DNA of 33,248 nt from Acidobacteriota bacterium (GCA_035528515.1 DATKYL010000063.1:1-33248); one strand, 5' to 3'; positions 18,518-27,051 are shown, numbered from the stretch's first letter. A program made the numbers and translations. The notes: a model not told the origin generated them from the letters alone.

Positions 18518-19264
18518 TCAATCCGCCAGTCCCAAACGGCGACTGACCTCCGGTAGAATTATACCCGAAGGCCCCCTCAGGCAGACATCGAAAAGCCCCG
18601 ATAATTCAGTCTCTTCGGGGTTGACCTCGATCATGAAGGCGCCGGCCGATCTGGCGATTTCAATTAGACCCGCCGCGGGATAGACAATGCTCGAGGTCCC
18701 CACACTGACGAACACGTCTGTCTGGCGGACGTCTTTCCAAGCATCATCGACGGTCCGGGCGGGCAGCGTTTCGCCGAACCAGACAACATCGGGCCGTATC
18801 GGGCCGCCACAGGCACAGTGAGGCAGTTCGCCGTCGGGACCGACCCCGAGGTCCCCGGCAGGCTTGCGGCACCAGTGACAGCGCGATCGGCAGATGTTGC
18901 CGTGAAGCTCATAGACGACCTGCGAGCCGGCACGGTGATGCAGGCCGTCGACATTCTGTGTTACCAGGCTGAAATGGGGAAAGTGTCTTTCCCAGCGGGC
19001 CAGTGCATAATGTCCCGGGTTCGGATTTGATTTCGCCATCAAGTCACGGCGAAACGTATACCATTCCCAGACCGTCCGGGGGTCGGCCTCGAAGGCTTGG
19101 GGCGTGGCCAGTTCCTCCGGTCGGTAGGTGCGCCACAGGCCGCGCTCGCCCCGAAACGTCGGGACGCCGCTCTCAGCGGATATACCCGCACCGGTGAACG
19201 CAGCCACCGCCTCGGCACTACTGAGGGCTGCAATTGCCGCCTCTGGTATCGACGGGACCGGCAT
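18518..19264 (-). CDS. cobB: NAD-dependent protein deacylase, Sir2 family (CobB-like)
   Basis: It shows GAGISAESGVPTFRG, QNVDGLH, ELHGN and Zn-ribbon cysteines (CxxC...CxC). I start it at ATG 19264 (MPVPSIPEAA). The tracked ORF extends to 19324, which would overlap the divergent gene. Confidence 0.85.
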   Translation of the reverse strand: MPVPSIPEAAIAALSSAEAVAAFTGAGISAESGVPTFRGERGLWRTYRPEELATPQAFEADPRTVWEWYTFRRDLMAKSNPNPGHYALARWERHFPHFSLVTQNVDGLHHRAGSQVVYELHGNICRSRCHWCRKPAGDLGVGPDGELPHCACGGPIRPDVVWFGETLPARTVDDAWKDVRQTDVFVSVGTSSIVYPAAGLIEIARSAGAFMIEVNPEETELSGLFDVCLRGPSGIILPEVSRRLGLAD

Positions 19265-19284
19265 CACGACAATATATTGAGTCC

Positions 19285-20010
19285 ATGAGCCTACACCAAA
19301 CCGCTCCCTGGCATTCCGGCGCAAGAATCCAGTCCCGCCCTGCGGGGTGCCATGGCGGGTGGTGTCCGTCGCCTCGGCCGGGCAGCCTGATCACGGCGGC
19401 TTTGGCCTTGGCGCTGATGCTCCTGCCGGTGGGCGCCCATCCGAATCAGCTGCCCGATGATCCCCAAGAGGCAGGTCCGGGTGTCGGGGCTGTCGACAGG
19501 ACCATGGACTCCGTGCCGCCCGCAATCGACTCCGCTCGTGCCGGCGAGGCCCTGAAGGCTCTGTCCACTCCTCGCGCCGACACCGCGACCCGAGCCGGCA
19601 TGGAGCCGGGCTTCTTCAAATCGCCCACAGGGGCACTGCTACGCTCGGTCGCGTTCCCCGGTTGGGGGCAGTGGTCCAACGGGAAGAAAAAGAAGGCCGC
19701 GGTTTACTTCGCCGTGGAGACCTTCTTCATCACCAAAGCCCTCATCTGGCGGCATCGGGCCCGGGAGTCGGGCATTGACTTCACGACGTTCGACTTCGCC
19801 CGGGACCGGCGCAACTTCTACTACTGGCTGACCGGATTCACGATCTTCATTTCGATGTTCGATGCCTACGGTGACCGTTATCTCCTCTACCTCGAGCGGA
19901 CCCGTGACGCCGGCGATGAATTCTGGGGGGGGCGCCGGCGGGACGCGTCGGCCCTCCTGGAACAGGCAGACCCTGCTGTCTGGCGGCTGGTGCTGGAGGT
20001 ACGCTTTTAG
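19285..20010 (+). CDS. Small membrane protein, tentatively DUF5683-like
   Basis: It has a hydrophobic N-terminal segment LITAALALALMLL, an FPGWGQWSNGKKKKAAVYF motif and two further TM helices. The start is uncertain; I took ATG 19285. It contains an in-frame G8 tract at 19925-19932. Confidence 0.5.
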   Translation: MSLHQTAPWHSGARIQSRPAGCHGGWCPSPRPGSLITAALALALMLLPVGAHPNQLPDDPQEAGPGVGAVDRTMDSVPPAIDSARAGEALKALSTPRADTATRAGMEPGFFKSPTGALLRSVAFPGWGQWSNGKKKKAAVYFAVETFFITKALIWRHRARESGIDFTTFDFARDRRNFYYWLTGFTIFISMFDAYGDRYLLYLERTRDAGDEFWGGRRRDASALLEQADPAVWRLVLEVRF

Positions 20011-20104
20011 ACGGGCGGCCCCGCGGGACCATCGAAACCCGCCGGAATCTCCCGTACGTTGAGCCACTTTTTGCCGATCTTGAACGTATAAACGCGCAGA
20101 CGCT

Positions 20105-21442
20105 TTGCCGAGGATTCCCATGACCATGCCTGCCCCGCCCCGATCGTTCGTATTTCCGCCATCACGAGGACGATGGCTGCGCCGGACCGCGTGCCTCCTC
20201 CTGGCGGCAGTGATTCTCGCGCCCGTGGCCGCTCCCGCCCAGTCGCTCTTGATCCCCATGGACGAAACCCAGCAGGATCACCTCAAAGCCTATGGGGTGG
20301 CTTTCCACCTGCTGACACGGGGGGTCAAGGTCGAGTGGCTGCTGAATTACCGCGGCGGTTCGTTTCTGGCCAACTACTACGCCGACATCGCCGATACCTG
20401 CGACGTGCGGGGGGTCGTCTATGATGCGATCGGCGACGCACAGGTCGCCGCGATCAAGGCCACCATCGAAGACGAGAACATGGAGTCGGTCCTTCTCGAG
20501 AAGGCACCGGCGATCGCGATTTATGCTCCGTCCGGCAATGAGCCCTGGGATGATGCCGTCACGCTCGCCCTCACCTACGCGCAGATCAACTACACCGTGA
20601 TCTGGGATGAGGAGGTGCTAAACGGCGATTTGGACCTGTACGACTGGCTGCATCTCCATCACGAGGACTTCACGGGGCAGTACGGCAAGTTCTACGGATC
20701 GTATCGCAATGAGCTGTGGTACCGTCAGGACGTCCAGATGAACGAGGCGATGGCGCAGAAGCTCGGCTTCCGCAAGGCCTCCGACCTGAAGCTGGCCGTC
20801 GCCCTGACCATCAAGTCGTATGTCACCCGCGGCGGTTTCCTCTTCGCCATGTGTTCGGCGCCGGAGACTTTGGACATCGCGCTGGCCGCCGGCGACGTCG
20901 ACATCGTGCCCTCGCCTTTCGATGGCGATCCCCCTGATCCCAACTGTCAGGCGGGCCTCGACTACAGCCGCAGCATGGCGTTCACCGATTTCACACTCTC
21001 GCTCGATCCCAACGAGTACTCGCATTCTGACATCGACACGTCGCCCGACCGCATTTCCTCGCGGTTCAATCCGGCCGGCGACTACTTCCGCCTGTTCGAG
21101 TTCTCCGCGAAACTGGATCCGGTGCCGACGATGCTGGTGCAGTGTCATGTCGACGCGGTCAGCGGGTTCATGGGGCAGACGACGGCCTTCCGCAAGAGCC
21201 TTGTCAAAAAGTACGTCATCCTGCTGGGCGAGAATGAGGGGCAGAACGAGGTGCGCTATCTCCATGGGAATCTGGACAAAGGCACGTTTACGTTTCTGGG
21301 CGGGCACGATCCCGAGGACTACCAGCATCTGATCTACGATCCGCCGACGGAACTCGCCCTGCACAAGAACTCTCCCGGTTATCGTTTGATCCTCAACAAT
21401 GTTCTCTTCCCGGCCGCGCGCAAGAAGGACCGCAAGACCTGA
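20105..21442 (+). CDS. Secreted conserved protein of unknown function
   Basis: The ORF is 445 aa with a signal peptide (LLLAAVILAPVAAPAQS) and a soluble, non-repetitive body. I recognise no catalytic motif with confidence. Confidence 0.7.
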   Translation: MPRIPMTMPAPPRSFVFPPSRGRWLRRTACLLLAAVILAPVAAPAQSLLIPMDETQQDHLKAYGVAFHLLTRGVKVEWLLNYRGGSFLANYYADIADTCDVRGVVYDAIGDAQVAAIKATIEDENMESVLLEKAPAIAIYAPSGNEPWDDAVTLALTYAQINYTVIWDEEVLNGDLDLYDWLHLHHEDFTGQYGKFYGSYRNELWYRQDVQMNEAMAQKLGFRKASDLKLAVALTIKSYVTRGGFLFAMCSAPETLDIALAAGDVDIVPSPFDGDPPDPNCQAGLDYSRSMAFTDFTLSLDPNEYSHSDIDTSPDRISSRFNPAGDYFRLFEFSAKLDPVPTMLVQCHVDAVSGFMGQTTAFRKSLVKKYVILLGENEGQNEVRYLHGNLDKGTFTFLGGHDPEDYQHLIYDPPTELALHKNSPGYRLILNNVLFPAARKKDRKT

Positions 21443-21495
21443 CCCCGGTCTGGTGAGCCGTTTGCAGGCGCCCGCAAGCGGGGAAATGATCGTTC

Positions 21496-21523
21496 TTGCG
21501 TGATCCGGGGCGTGCGCTATATT
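21496..21523 (+). promoter_or_regulatory. Candidate promoter TTGCGT-N16-TATATT upstream of the ERCC4-like gene
   Basis: TTGCGT lies at 21496-21501 and TATATT at 21518-21523. This is an AT-rich patch in an otherwise GC-rich 360-bp non-coding interval. Confidence 0.3.
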
Positions 21524-21804
21524 ACTGATGCCCTGTGTTGTGATGGAGTACCAACACGGTTTTGGGAGTGATGCCGCAGGGGCACCGACGCGCCGGGGGG
21601 GGAAACGTCGGTGATGGTTGCTGCGCAGTGTGTTCCGGATCAGGGAGGTCTTTCATCCCCGCTGGCCTCCGGCGGGTGATTGAGCCGGGATACAAAGGGG
21701 GGGGGAACCTCCCACGCTTACCTTGGTTCTGAGGTTTGGAATCGTCCGAATCGGAGATCCTCATATGTGCCGCCGGACTACATTCTGGAAAGGGTGGTTG
21801 TATC

Positions 21805-22482
21805 GTGAAGCGGCTTGTGGTCATTGTTGATAATCTCATGGAGGACAGCCCTGTCGCCGAGCGTCTGCGCGAGCGCGGCGTCGAGGTCACGGCCTCCAAT
21901 CTGCTGGCCGGCGATCTGCGCATCACCGACAATTGCGCGGTCATGCACATTTCGGCGGAGGAATTCGATCGCTGGATTCTGGCGAAGGAGTTCTTCCGTC
22001 GCATCGCCGAATTCAAACGTGCGGTCGAAGAACCGGTGGTTATCGTCGAGGGGAAACGGCCTTCCGGAGGCCGGGCGCCGTCGCCGGACTCGGTCCGCGG
22101 CGCCCTCGCTTTCGTGGCGGTGCACAACCGGGTTCCGGTTCTCTTTACGGCGACACCGAAGGAAACCGCCGATTTCGTCTTTGCCATGGCCAATCAGGTG
22201 CAGAACGGGATGGGGGAGCGGATCGGCTCCACCGTAACCGGCGATGAGTCGTGCCCCGGTGGCAACGGTAAGGGCAAAGTCGAATCGCTGAGACCGTGCG
22301 AGGAGATCATGCAGTTGGTGCCCGACGTCGGGCTCAGCACGGCGCGCGCGATGCTTGAACGCTTCGGGAGTCTGCGCGAGATCTTCTCCGCCTCGGCCAA
22401 GGAACTGGCCAAGGTTGACGGTCTCGGCCCCAAGAGGGCAAAGAAAATAGCCGCCTTCTTCGAGAGCAACTGCGGCACGTAG
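21805..22482 (+). CDS. ERCC4 (XPF/Mus81/Hef-type) nuclease-fold protein with a C-terminal (HhH)2 domain; the catalytic motif appears degenerate
   Basis: VVIVDNLMED...GDLRI...VMHISAEEF...VVIVEGK follows the ERCC4 domain layout. The C-terminus LVPDVGLSTARAMLERFGSLREIF.AS..ELAKVDGLGPKRAKKI is a tandem helix-hairpin-helix. The GTG at 21805 is preceded by GGAAAGGGTGG. The tracked ORF starts at TTG 21736. Confidence 0.7.
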   Translation: MKRLVVIVDNLMEDSPVAERLRERGVEVTASNLLAGDLRITDNCAVMHISAEEFDRWILAKEFFRRIAEFKRAVEEPVVIVEGKRPSGGRAPSPDSVRGALAFVAVHNRVPVLFTATPKETADFVFAMANQVQNGMGERIGSTVTGDESCPGGNGKGKVESLRPCEEIMQLVPDVGLSTARAMLERFGSLREIFSASAKELAKVDGLGPKRAKKIAAFFESNCGT

Positions 22483-22500
22483 TCCCGGCCGACCTGCCTC

Positions 22501-22531
22501 ACCCGCCGCGCTCCGGGGTGTCGCGGCGGGT
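22501..22531 (+). terminator. GC-rich hairpin downstream of the ERCC4-like gene, in the convergent gap with module gene D1
   Basis: A perfect 10-bp stem, ACCCGCCGCG-(11 nt)-CGCGGCGGGT, begins 19 nt after the stop. It is followed by TCCATT, which is only a weak U-tract. Confidence 0.35.
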
Positions 22532-22729
22532 TCCATTCACACCCTGAACATAGCGGTTCCCCGTTCGGCATGTATCATCGCGCGCGGGTGATCCGCGTCA
22601 TCCGGTCGTCCCCCCCAGGCTCACTGTTCTGCAGGGAATGCGGCGGTTCCGTGCGGCCACACGACCGCGCATCCGGGGAACGAACAGCCCGGGTCCTGGA
22701 GTAACCGGAAATGTCTTCTGGAGCGGCGT

Positions 22730-23371
22730 CTAATACCAGTGGAGCCAGTCGAAGAAGAGGAACTGCACGCGCTGGATCAGAAGCGAGATACGGGCCATTA
22801 CCGTGAAGCCGAATGCGGCGCCGAAGCCGATCATCAGAACACCGATGCCGAACTTGGCGGTCACGCCGGTCACGCCTTTGTGTTCCTTCGAGAAGAAGAA
22901 ATAGACAAGGCCGGCGACGACGCCAACGAGGATCAGCGTGTTGTTGAAGCTGGTCAGGAACAGCGCGCCGGGTGAACGCCAGTATTCGATCAGTCCCACC
23001 GTGCCGTTGAGTTGCTCGATGACCTTGGCGCGCATCTCCAGCGGGATGGCAACGCCGGTGGCGATGCCGATGTAAAAGGCGAGTGGGTAACGAGAGATCC
23101 ACGAGGCCTTGCGGGAAAACCGTGTCCACATCAGAGCGCCCAGGATCGTGGGGAATATGTACCACCACTGCCCATCCATCAGTCTCTGATAGACGTTCGG
23201 GATCGCCACGTTGTGGAACAGGATCAGCACCCAGTAACCGGCGGAGAGCCCGACGGCCATGTGCTCGGCGAACTTATAGAACGGGTTATCCTTGTAGAGG
23301 AACGAGAATATCGCCAGCGTGATGAACGCCGCGATCGTCGTTGCAATGAGTGTTCCCCAGTCCATACTCAA
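22730..23371 (-). CDS. Module 1 subunit D: polytopic membrane protein, unknown family
   Basis: The ORF is 213 aa with about 6 TM helices. It shares IFSFLYKDNPFYKF, G.SAGYW, WISR.PLA, YFFFSKEHKG and SLLI.RV.FLF.DWL with D2 (26338-27051). The start is either TTG 23371 or ATG 23365. Confidence 0.85.
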   Translation of the reverse strand: MSMDWGTLIATTIAAFITLAIFSFLYKDNPFYKFAEHMAVGLSAGYWVLILFHNVAIPNVYQRLMDGQWWYIFPTILGALMWTRFSRKASWISRYPLAFYIGIATGVAIPLEMRAKVIEQLNGTVGLIEYWRSPGALFLTSFNNTLILVGVVAGLVYFFFSKEHKGVTGVTAKFGIGVLMIGFGAAFGFTVMARISLLIQRVQFLFFDWLHWY

Positions 23372-23379
23372 TCCGGTTC

Positions 23380-24237
23380 CTAAACGCTTCCGCTTCCCTG
23401 GGGCAGCGACTTCCGCCGCGCGAAGTACGCGACGTTGCCGACGATGATAAACAGGATAATGATGGCGTGGGCGATCATCTGGACTGACATCCCCTCCACC
23501 GCCGGGCCGGGCGTGTTAACCAGCATCTCGTACTGAGCCGCGCCTTCCAAGCCCCCTAAGATTCCAAAAATCTGTCCGGTCTGCAGGTAGGGGTAGTAGT
23601 CGGTCGCCATGACTCCCGTGACCCCGATCGCCAGCGGAATGCCGTAGCGGCCGTTGCCGTAGGAAATCCACCAGTCGGTCGCCGAGGTCCCGGAGATGTT
23701 GATGACCGCCTTCACGTCGTCATAATTCTTGATGTCTCTCATCATCGGAAGGTCGTCCAAGGGCACGTTGTAGTAGTCGTTTGGGAAGGGAATACGGTAG
23801 TTCTGCCCCATCCCGAGGATGATGAGAGCGGGATACGGTTTATATCCCAGAAAGACGTAATCGACCCCGTTCTCGATGCGCTCGCCGGTGCGCTCAAAGT
23901 GTCGTGCGACCGCCGTGTCAAGCGCTCCGGCCGCCAGCGCCGGACCGAACTGGTGCAGCGACGAGACCACGACCCTGATCCTCTTCTCAAAGCACTGCTT
24001 CAGGAATGCCAGTGTCATGGGCTGCAATTCGGCCATAACCGAAGGATCGTAGTCCATGGCCAGATGGATCGCATCGCCGGCCTGCAGCGAATCGACGAAG
24101 CCGTGAATACGGCGAGCTTCCTGGGAGATGGGGATGGGAATAATGATACGCGCCTTGACGCCGGCCATGACGGCCAGCCCCAGGATGAGGTACACCCAGC
24201 GCCGATCAAGGGCCATCAATCGTTCAAACATGCCCAT
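23380..24237 (-). CDS. Module 1 subunit C: bitopic protein (N-terminal TM, roughly 230-aa predicted periplasmic domain, C-terminal TM), unknown family
   Basis: It shares RLMA.DRR, DYDP....ELQPM, YPY...GQ..GILGG..GAA..E.LV and HAIII.FIIVGN.A.F with C2. ATG 24237 shares one base with the B1 stop (TGATG), which implies translational coupling. The tracked ORF begins one codon earlier at TTG 24240. Confidence 0.85.
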   Translation of the reverse strand: MGMFERLMALDRRWVYLILGLAVMAGVKARIIIPIPISQEARRIHGFVDSLQAGDAIHLAMDYDPSVMAELQPMTLAFLKQCFEKRIRVVVSSLHQFGPALAAGALDTAVARHFERTGERIENGVDYVFLGYKPYPALIILGMGQNYRIPFPNDYYNVPLDDLPMMRDIKNYDDVKAVINISGTSATDWWISYGNGRYGIPLAIGVTGVMATDYYPYLQTGQIFGILGGLEGAAQYEMLVNTPGPAVEGMSVQMIAHAIIILFIIVGNVAYFARRKSLPQGSGSV

Positions 24238-24860
24238 CAATCACGCCCCAGGAATGATCGCTCGATGCCGAGAACGACCTTGAGCGCCGTCGAGACAATG
24301 CCCAAGCCCACTCCGATGATGATGGCGCGCTTGGCGGCAAGGTTAGGAACAGTGAGAATCCACCGGGACAGTTCCGACTCCGGATCAGTAAGCGGTCCCA
24401 ACGGGAAAAAACGCAGCATGACGATCACCGCCGAAACCAGGAGGATCGTGGCCAGGACCGAGCGCGCCCGGAAGGCACGGTAGGCGGCCGATGCGATGAA
24501 AAACGCCAAGAGCGAGAACATGGTCGACGAGACCGGGATGATCATGTTGTCGAACATCCAGCGGACGGGGGGCGCGTCAGCTCCGCGCGTATCGATAAAC
24601 CCGGCGGCCATGATCGTGGTCAGCGCCACCAGCGTTACGATCGAATATTGCCAGTTATCCTGCCGCTGCCGCACCCGGGTGATCGAGACGCGCACCAGCG
24701 AGATAATGCCCAGCGTGAGGGCGAACATGCCGATGATCGGCGGCCAGTCGAGCGCGATAAACTCGTAGAAGAACTCGGAGGTCTCGTGCGGGATATGGTA
24801 CTGGAATACCATAAAGACGCCGAGAATGAAGATGATAATTATGGGCAGTTGCCGTTTCAT
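24237..24860 (-). CDS. Module 1 subunit B: polytopic membrane protein (about 6 TM), unknown family
   Basis: It shares MKR..P.I, Q..IPHE, STMF..LAFF.ASA.YRAFRAR and RAI.IG..LGIVST.L...LGIERS with B2. Confidence 0.85.
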   Translation of the reverse strand: MKRQLPIIIIFILGVFMVFQYHIPHETSEFFYEFIALDWPPIIGMFALTLGIISLVRVSITRVRQRQDNWQYSIVTLVALTTIMAAGFIDTRGADAPPVRWMFDNMIIPVSSTMFSLLAFFIASAAYRAFRARSVLATILLVSAVIVMLRFFPLGPLTDPESELSRWILTVPNLAAKRAIIIGVGLGIVSTALKVVLGIERSFLGRD

Positions 24861-24868
24861 CGCCGTGT

Positions 24869-26224
24869 CTACAAACTCATCCGGAATATCGCGAGAATCC
24901 AGTCAACGTTAAACGCCGCACCAACCACGCCCAGTCCCAGAACCGCCAGGAGGCACACCTTGAACCAGTCCTGCGCCTTGAGCGTGCCTAAGAGCTTCGG
25001 CTCCCGTCCCAGATACGCCGACGCCGCGTACAGCTCCTCGCCGATCAGGGTGTAGTCGCAGGCGACGACGAAAAACGGAATCTGCGTCACCCGATCGGTC
25101 CCCGATATCTGAATCGATCCCGCCAGCGATCCGGTCTCGGCCAGGATCAGCGATTCGGCGTAGAACACGCCCAAATAGAAGTTGGTCGCGGTCTGACGGC
25201 GCAGCATCGTCCCGTTGACCGCTGCGACATAGGGAAACTGATCCTGGGTCACGAAGTAGACAATGTCTTCATTGTAATCGTCCGGACGCCCGGCATCCAG
25301 GTAGGCCTGCTTGACCGTCTCCTGCGCAACCGACATGACGACCGCATCATAGCACGGGACCAAGAGCTCCGTCCGATGCTCGGCGACCTTCTTGGCGACG
25401 CGCGACAGAATCGAGAAGGACGCGATCGTGGCGATTTCGTCCGCGGCGCCGAGTCCCAGGACATACAGAATCGGCCGGTTCATCTCCGTGGCGCGGCCGA
25501 TGGCCTCATCCACGGCGTCGATTCCGGCCAGCGGACGGATATAGAGTTTTCTGCCCCTCTGGGCGGCGCCGATGAATCCTAAGATCAGGACCGTATAGAG
25601 CACAGCGGGGAAACCGATGTGGAGGATGCGGTCGAGATGAAACAGATGGCCGCGCGAATGTACCGGTGGCGTTGTCGGCGAGGAGGCTCGCCCGCCCTCG
25701 GCGGTCACGGCGATCACGCGGTACTGAAAATCGACGTAGTCGGGGATGAAATCGCGGCTGTCCCTGATCTTGCCGCCGCGATTCTCCAGTGATGTCGCGC
25801 CGGAAGGCACCTGCCCGACCGTGTCCCATTCCCCGCTGGTGAATCGCCAGCCAGCCTCACCGTAGGCATTGCTCGCGAAGATCCGATACGAGGGATCATC
25901 CGCCGGGACTTCGTCCACCGGGAACGGACCCTCCATCTTCGGGGTCCGCAGGACTTCGTACATAAGAACGTTGTTGCGACCCCGGATGTCGTCGGCGGAA
26001 AGGTCCCACACCACGCCGATGGCGTGGCCGTTATCGTTGGGGGTATCGGTCGCCTGAACGTTGCTCGGGGGGGCGGGCGGGATCGGAGCCGGGGCGGTGG
26101 TGGTGTCGACGGCAGTCGAATCAGAAGGTTCCTGGGCGTAACTCGCCGGCGTTCCTGTCAGGAGCGCCCACGACAAACACGCGGCAATGACCGATCCGAT
26201 GAAGAAATGTCTGCGTGTCGCCAT
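24869..26224 (-). CDS. Module 1 subunit A: signal peptide, Fn3-like domain, TM, roughly 200-aa predicted cytoplasmic domain, C-terminal TM; unknown family
   Basis: The Fn3-like pattern is PPAPPSNVQATDTPNDNGHAIGVVWD...FQYRVIAV. The TM is followed by a basic patch (RGRK). It shares L.IR..AG..AVDEA.GRATEM.R, ETVKQAYLDAGRPD.Y.ED.V, F.AESLILAETG and IGEEL.AASAYL.REPK with A2. I take ATG 26224; the tracked ORF starts at TTG 26227. Confidence 0.85.
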   Translation of the reverse strand: MATRRHFFIGSVIAACLSWALLTGTPASYAQEPSDSTAVDTTTAPAPIPPAPPSNVQATDTPNDNGHAIGVVWDLSADDIRGRNNVLMYEVLRTPKMEGPFPVDEVPADDPSYRIFASNAYGEAGWRFTSGEWDTVGQVPSGATSLENRGGKIRDSRDFIPDYVDFQYRVIAVTAEGGRASSPTTPPVHSRGHLFHLDRILHIGFPAVLYTVLILGFIGAAQRGRKLYIRPLAGIDAVDEAIGRATEMNRPILYVLGLGAADEIATIASFSILSRVAKKVAEHRTELLVPCYDAVVMSVAQETVKQAYLDAGRPDDYNEDIVYFVTQDQFPYVAAVNGTMLRRQTATNFYLGVFYAESLILAETGSLAGSIQISGTDRVTQIPFFVVACDYTLIGEELYAASAYLGREPKLLGTLKAQDWFKVCLLAVLGLGVVGAAFNVDWILAIFRMSL

Positions 26225-26252
26225 CAATTGAGTGTCCGCTCAAGCCTTTCCA

Positions 26253-26281
26253 AACGTACTGTCAGCCGTCGATCTTTGCAA
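26253..26281 (-). promoter_or_regulatory. Candidate internal promoter in front of module 1 (minus-strand TTGCAA-N17-TACGTT)
   Basis: On the minus strand, TTGCAA lies at 26281-26276 and TACGTT at 26258-26253, with a 17-nt spacer. It sits inside the 110-bp gap between the D2 stop and the A1 start. Confidence 0.3.
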
Positions 26282-26337
26282 CGTTTTTGATTCGACGAGG
26301 AGGGCTGCATTCCCGCCCGGCGAACCTGACCCAAAAC

Positions 26338-27051
26338 TCACTGGACCAGCCGCAGCCAGTCGCTGAACAGGAAGTCGACCCGCCCGATGAGAAGCGACAT
26401 ACGGCTCATGACCGTATAGCCGAAGGACGCGCCGAACGTAATCATCAGAAACCAGATGCCGATCTTGGCGGCACCGCCGAAAGCCCCTTTATGCTCCTTC
26501 GAGAAGAAGAAGTAGACGACGCCAGTCACCGTACCGAAGGCCACGACGATGTTGCCGATCGTCTGATACCAGTCCAGCACGCCGCCGGTGAAGACCTGAA
26601 TCGGCATGATCGTGTTCTCGAGCTGGCGCATGGCGTTGGACTGGAGATAAGTGATAAACCAGAGTCCCGCGGTCGCGCCGACGATGACGGCCAGCGGCCA
26701 GCGGGAGATCCACCCGATTTTCGGGGCCAGCCGCATGAGCATCATGAAGCCGAAAATGCCGGCGAGAAGATAGGCGATCCAGATCCACCCGAACGAAGCC
26801 GTACCGAGCGTGTCGATCAACTTGGCCAGCAGGTTCTGATAGTAGAGCTGGACAAACCAGTAGCCGGCGGAAACGCCGACGAAGACCGATTCACAGAATT
26901 TATAAAACGGGTTGTCCTTGTACAGGAAGGAGAAGATTCCGAGCGTGAAGAACGCGCCCAGAGTGACCGCGAGGCCATAACTGTTCCACGACAGCGCGAA
27001 GAGAACCGCTGAGATGATGAGAACGATGATCGCCGGTAAACGGATGTTCAT
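26338..27051 (-). CDS. Module 2 subunit D: polytopic membrane protein, paralogue of 22730-23371
   Basis: The ORF is 237 aa with an ATG start and the same motif set as D1. It has an extra N-terminal hydrophobic helix of about 24 aa. Confidence 0.85.
   Translation of the reverse strand: MNIRLPAIIVLIISAVLFALSWNSYGLAVTLGAFFTLGIFSFLYKDNPFYKFCESVFVGVSAGYWFVQLYYQNLLAKLIDTLGTASFGWIWIAYLLAGIFGFMMLMRLAPKIGWISRWPLAVIVGATAGLWFITYLQSNAMRQLENTIMPIQVFTGGVLDWYQTIGNIVVAFGTVTGVVYFFFSKEHKGAFGGAAKIGIWFLMITFGASFGYTVMSRMSLLIGRVDFLFSDWLRLVQ

Noticed and set aside
19265-19324. A longer Sir2 start at 19324 (MRRNARERFG...).
   Set aside because: The extra 20 residues are not part of the Sir2 fold and would overlap the divergent gene. 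The Rossmann motif begins shortly after M21, so I kept ATG 19264. This remains uncertain.
21528-21614. A 28-aa ORF (MPCVVMEYQHGFGSDAAGAPTRRGGKRR) starting 5 nt after the TATATT box and containing the G8 tract.
   Set aside because: It has no Shine-Dalgarno, no recognisable peptide features and an Arg/Gly tail generated by the homopolymer. It is more likely non-coding leader sequence. It would only be interesting if ribosome profiling or conservation supported it.
21524-21735. Possible known structured RNA (SRP/4.5S, 6S, riboswitch) in the long leader.
   Set aside because: I could not find the conserved SRP domain IV motif, or any riboswitch core that I can recall, by eye. I left it as an unassigned structured region in the findings rather than calling an ncRNA gene.
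23380-26224. A possible distant paralogy between the soluble domains of subunits A and C (shared I-Q/N-I-S-G-T patch in the module 1 copies).
   Set aside because: The patch is not conserved in the module 2 copies (IQIAGT and FSLSSG). The positive-inside rule also places the two domains on opposite sides of the membrane. The evidence is too weak without profile comparison.
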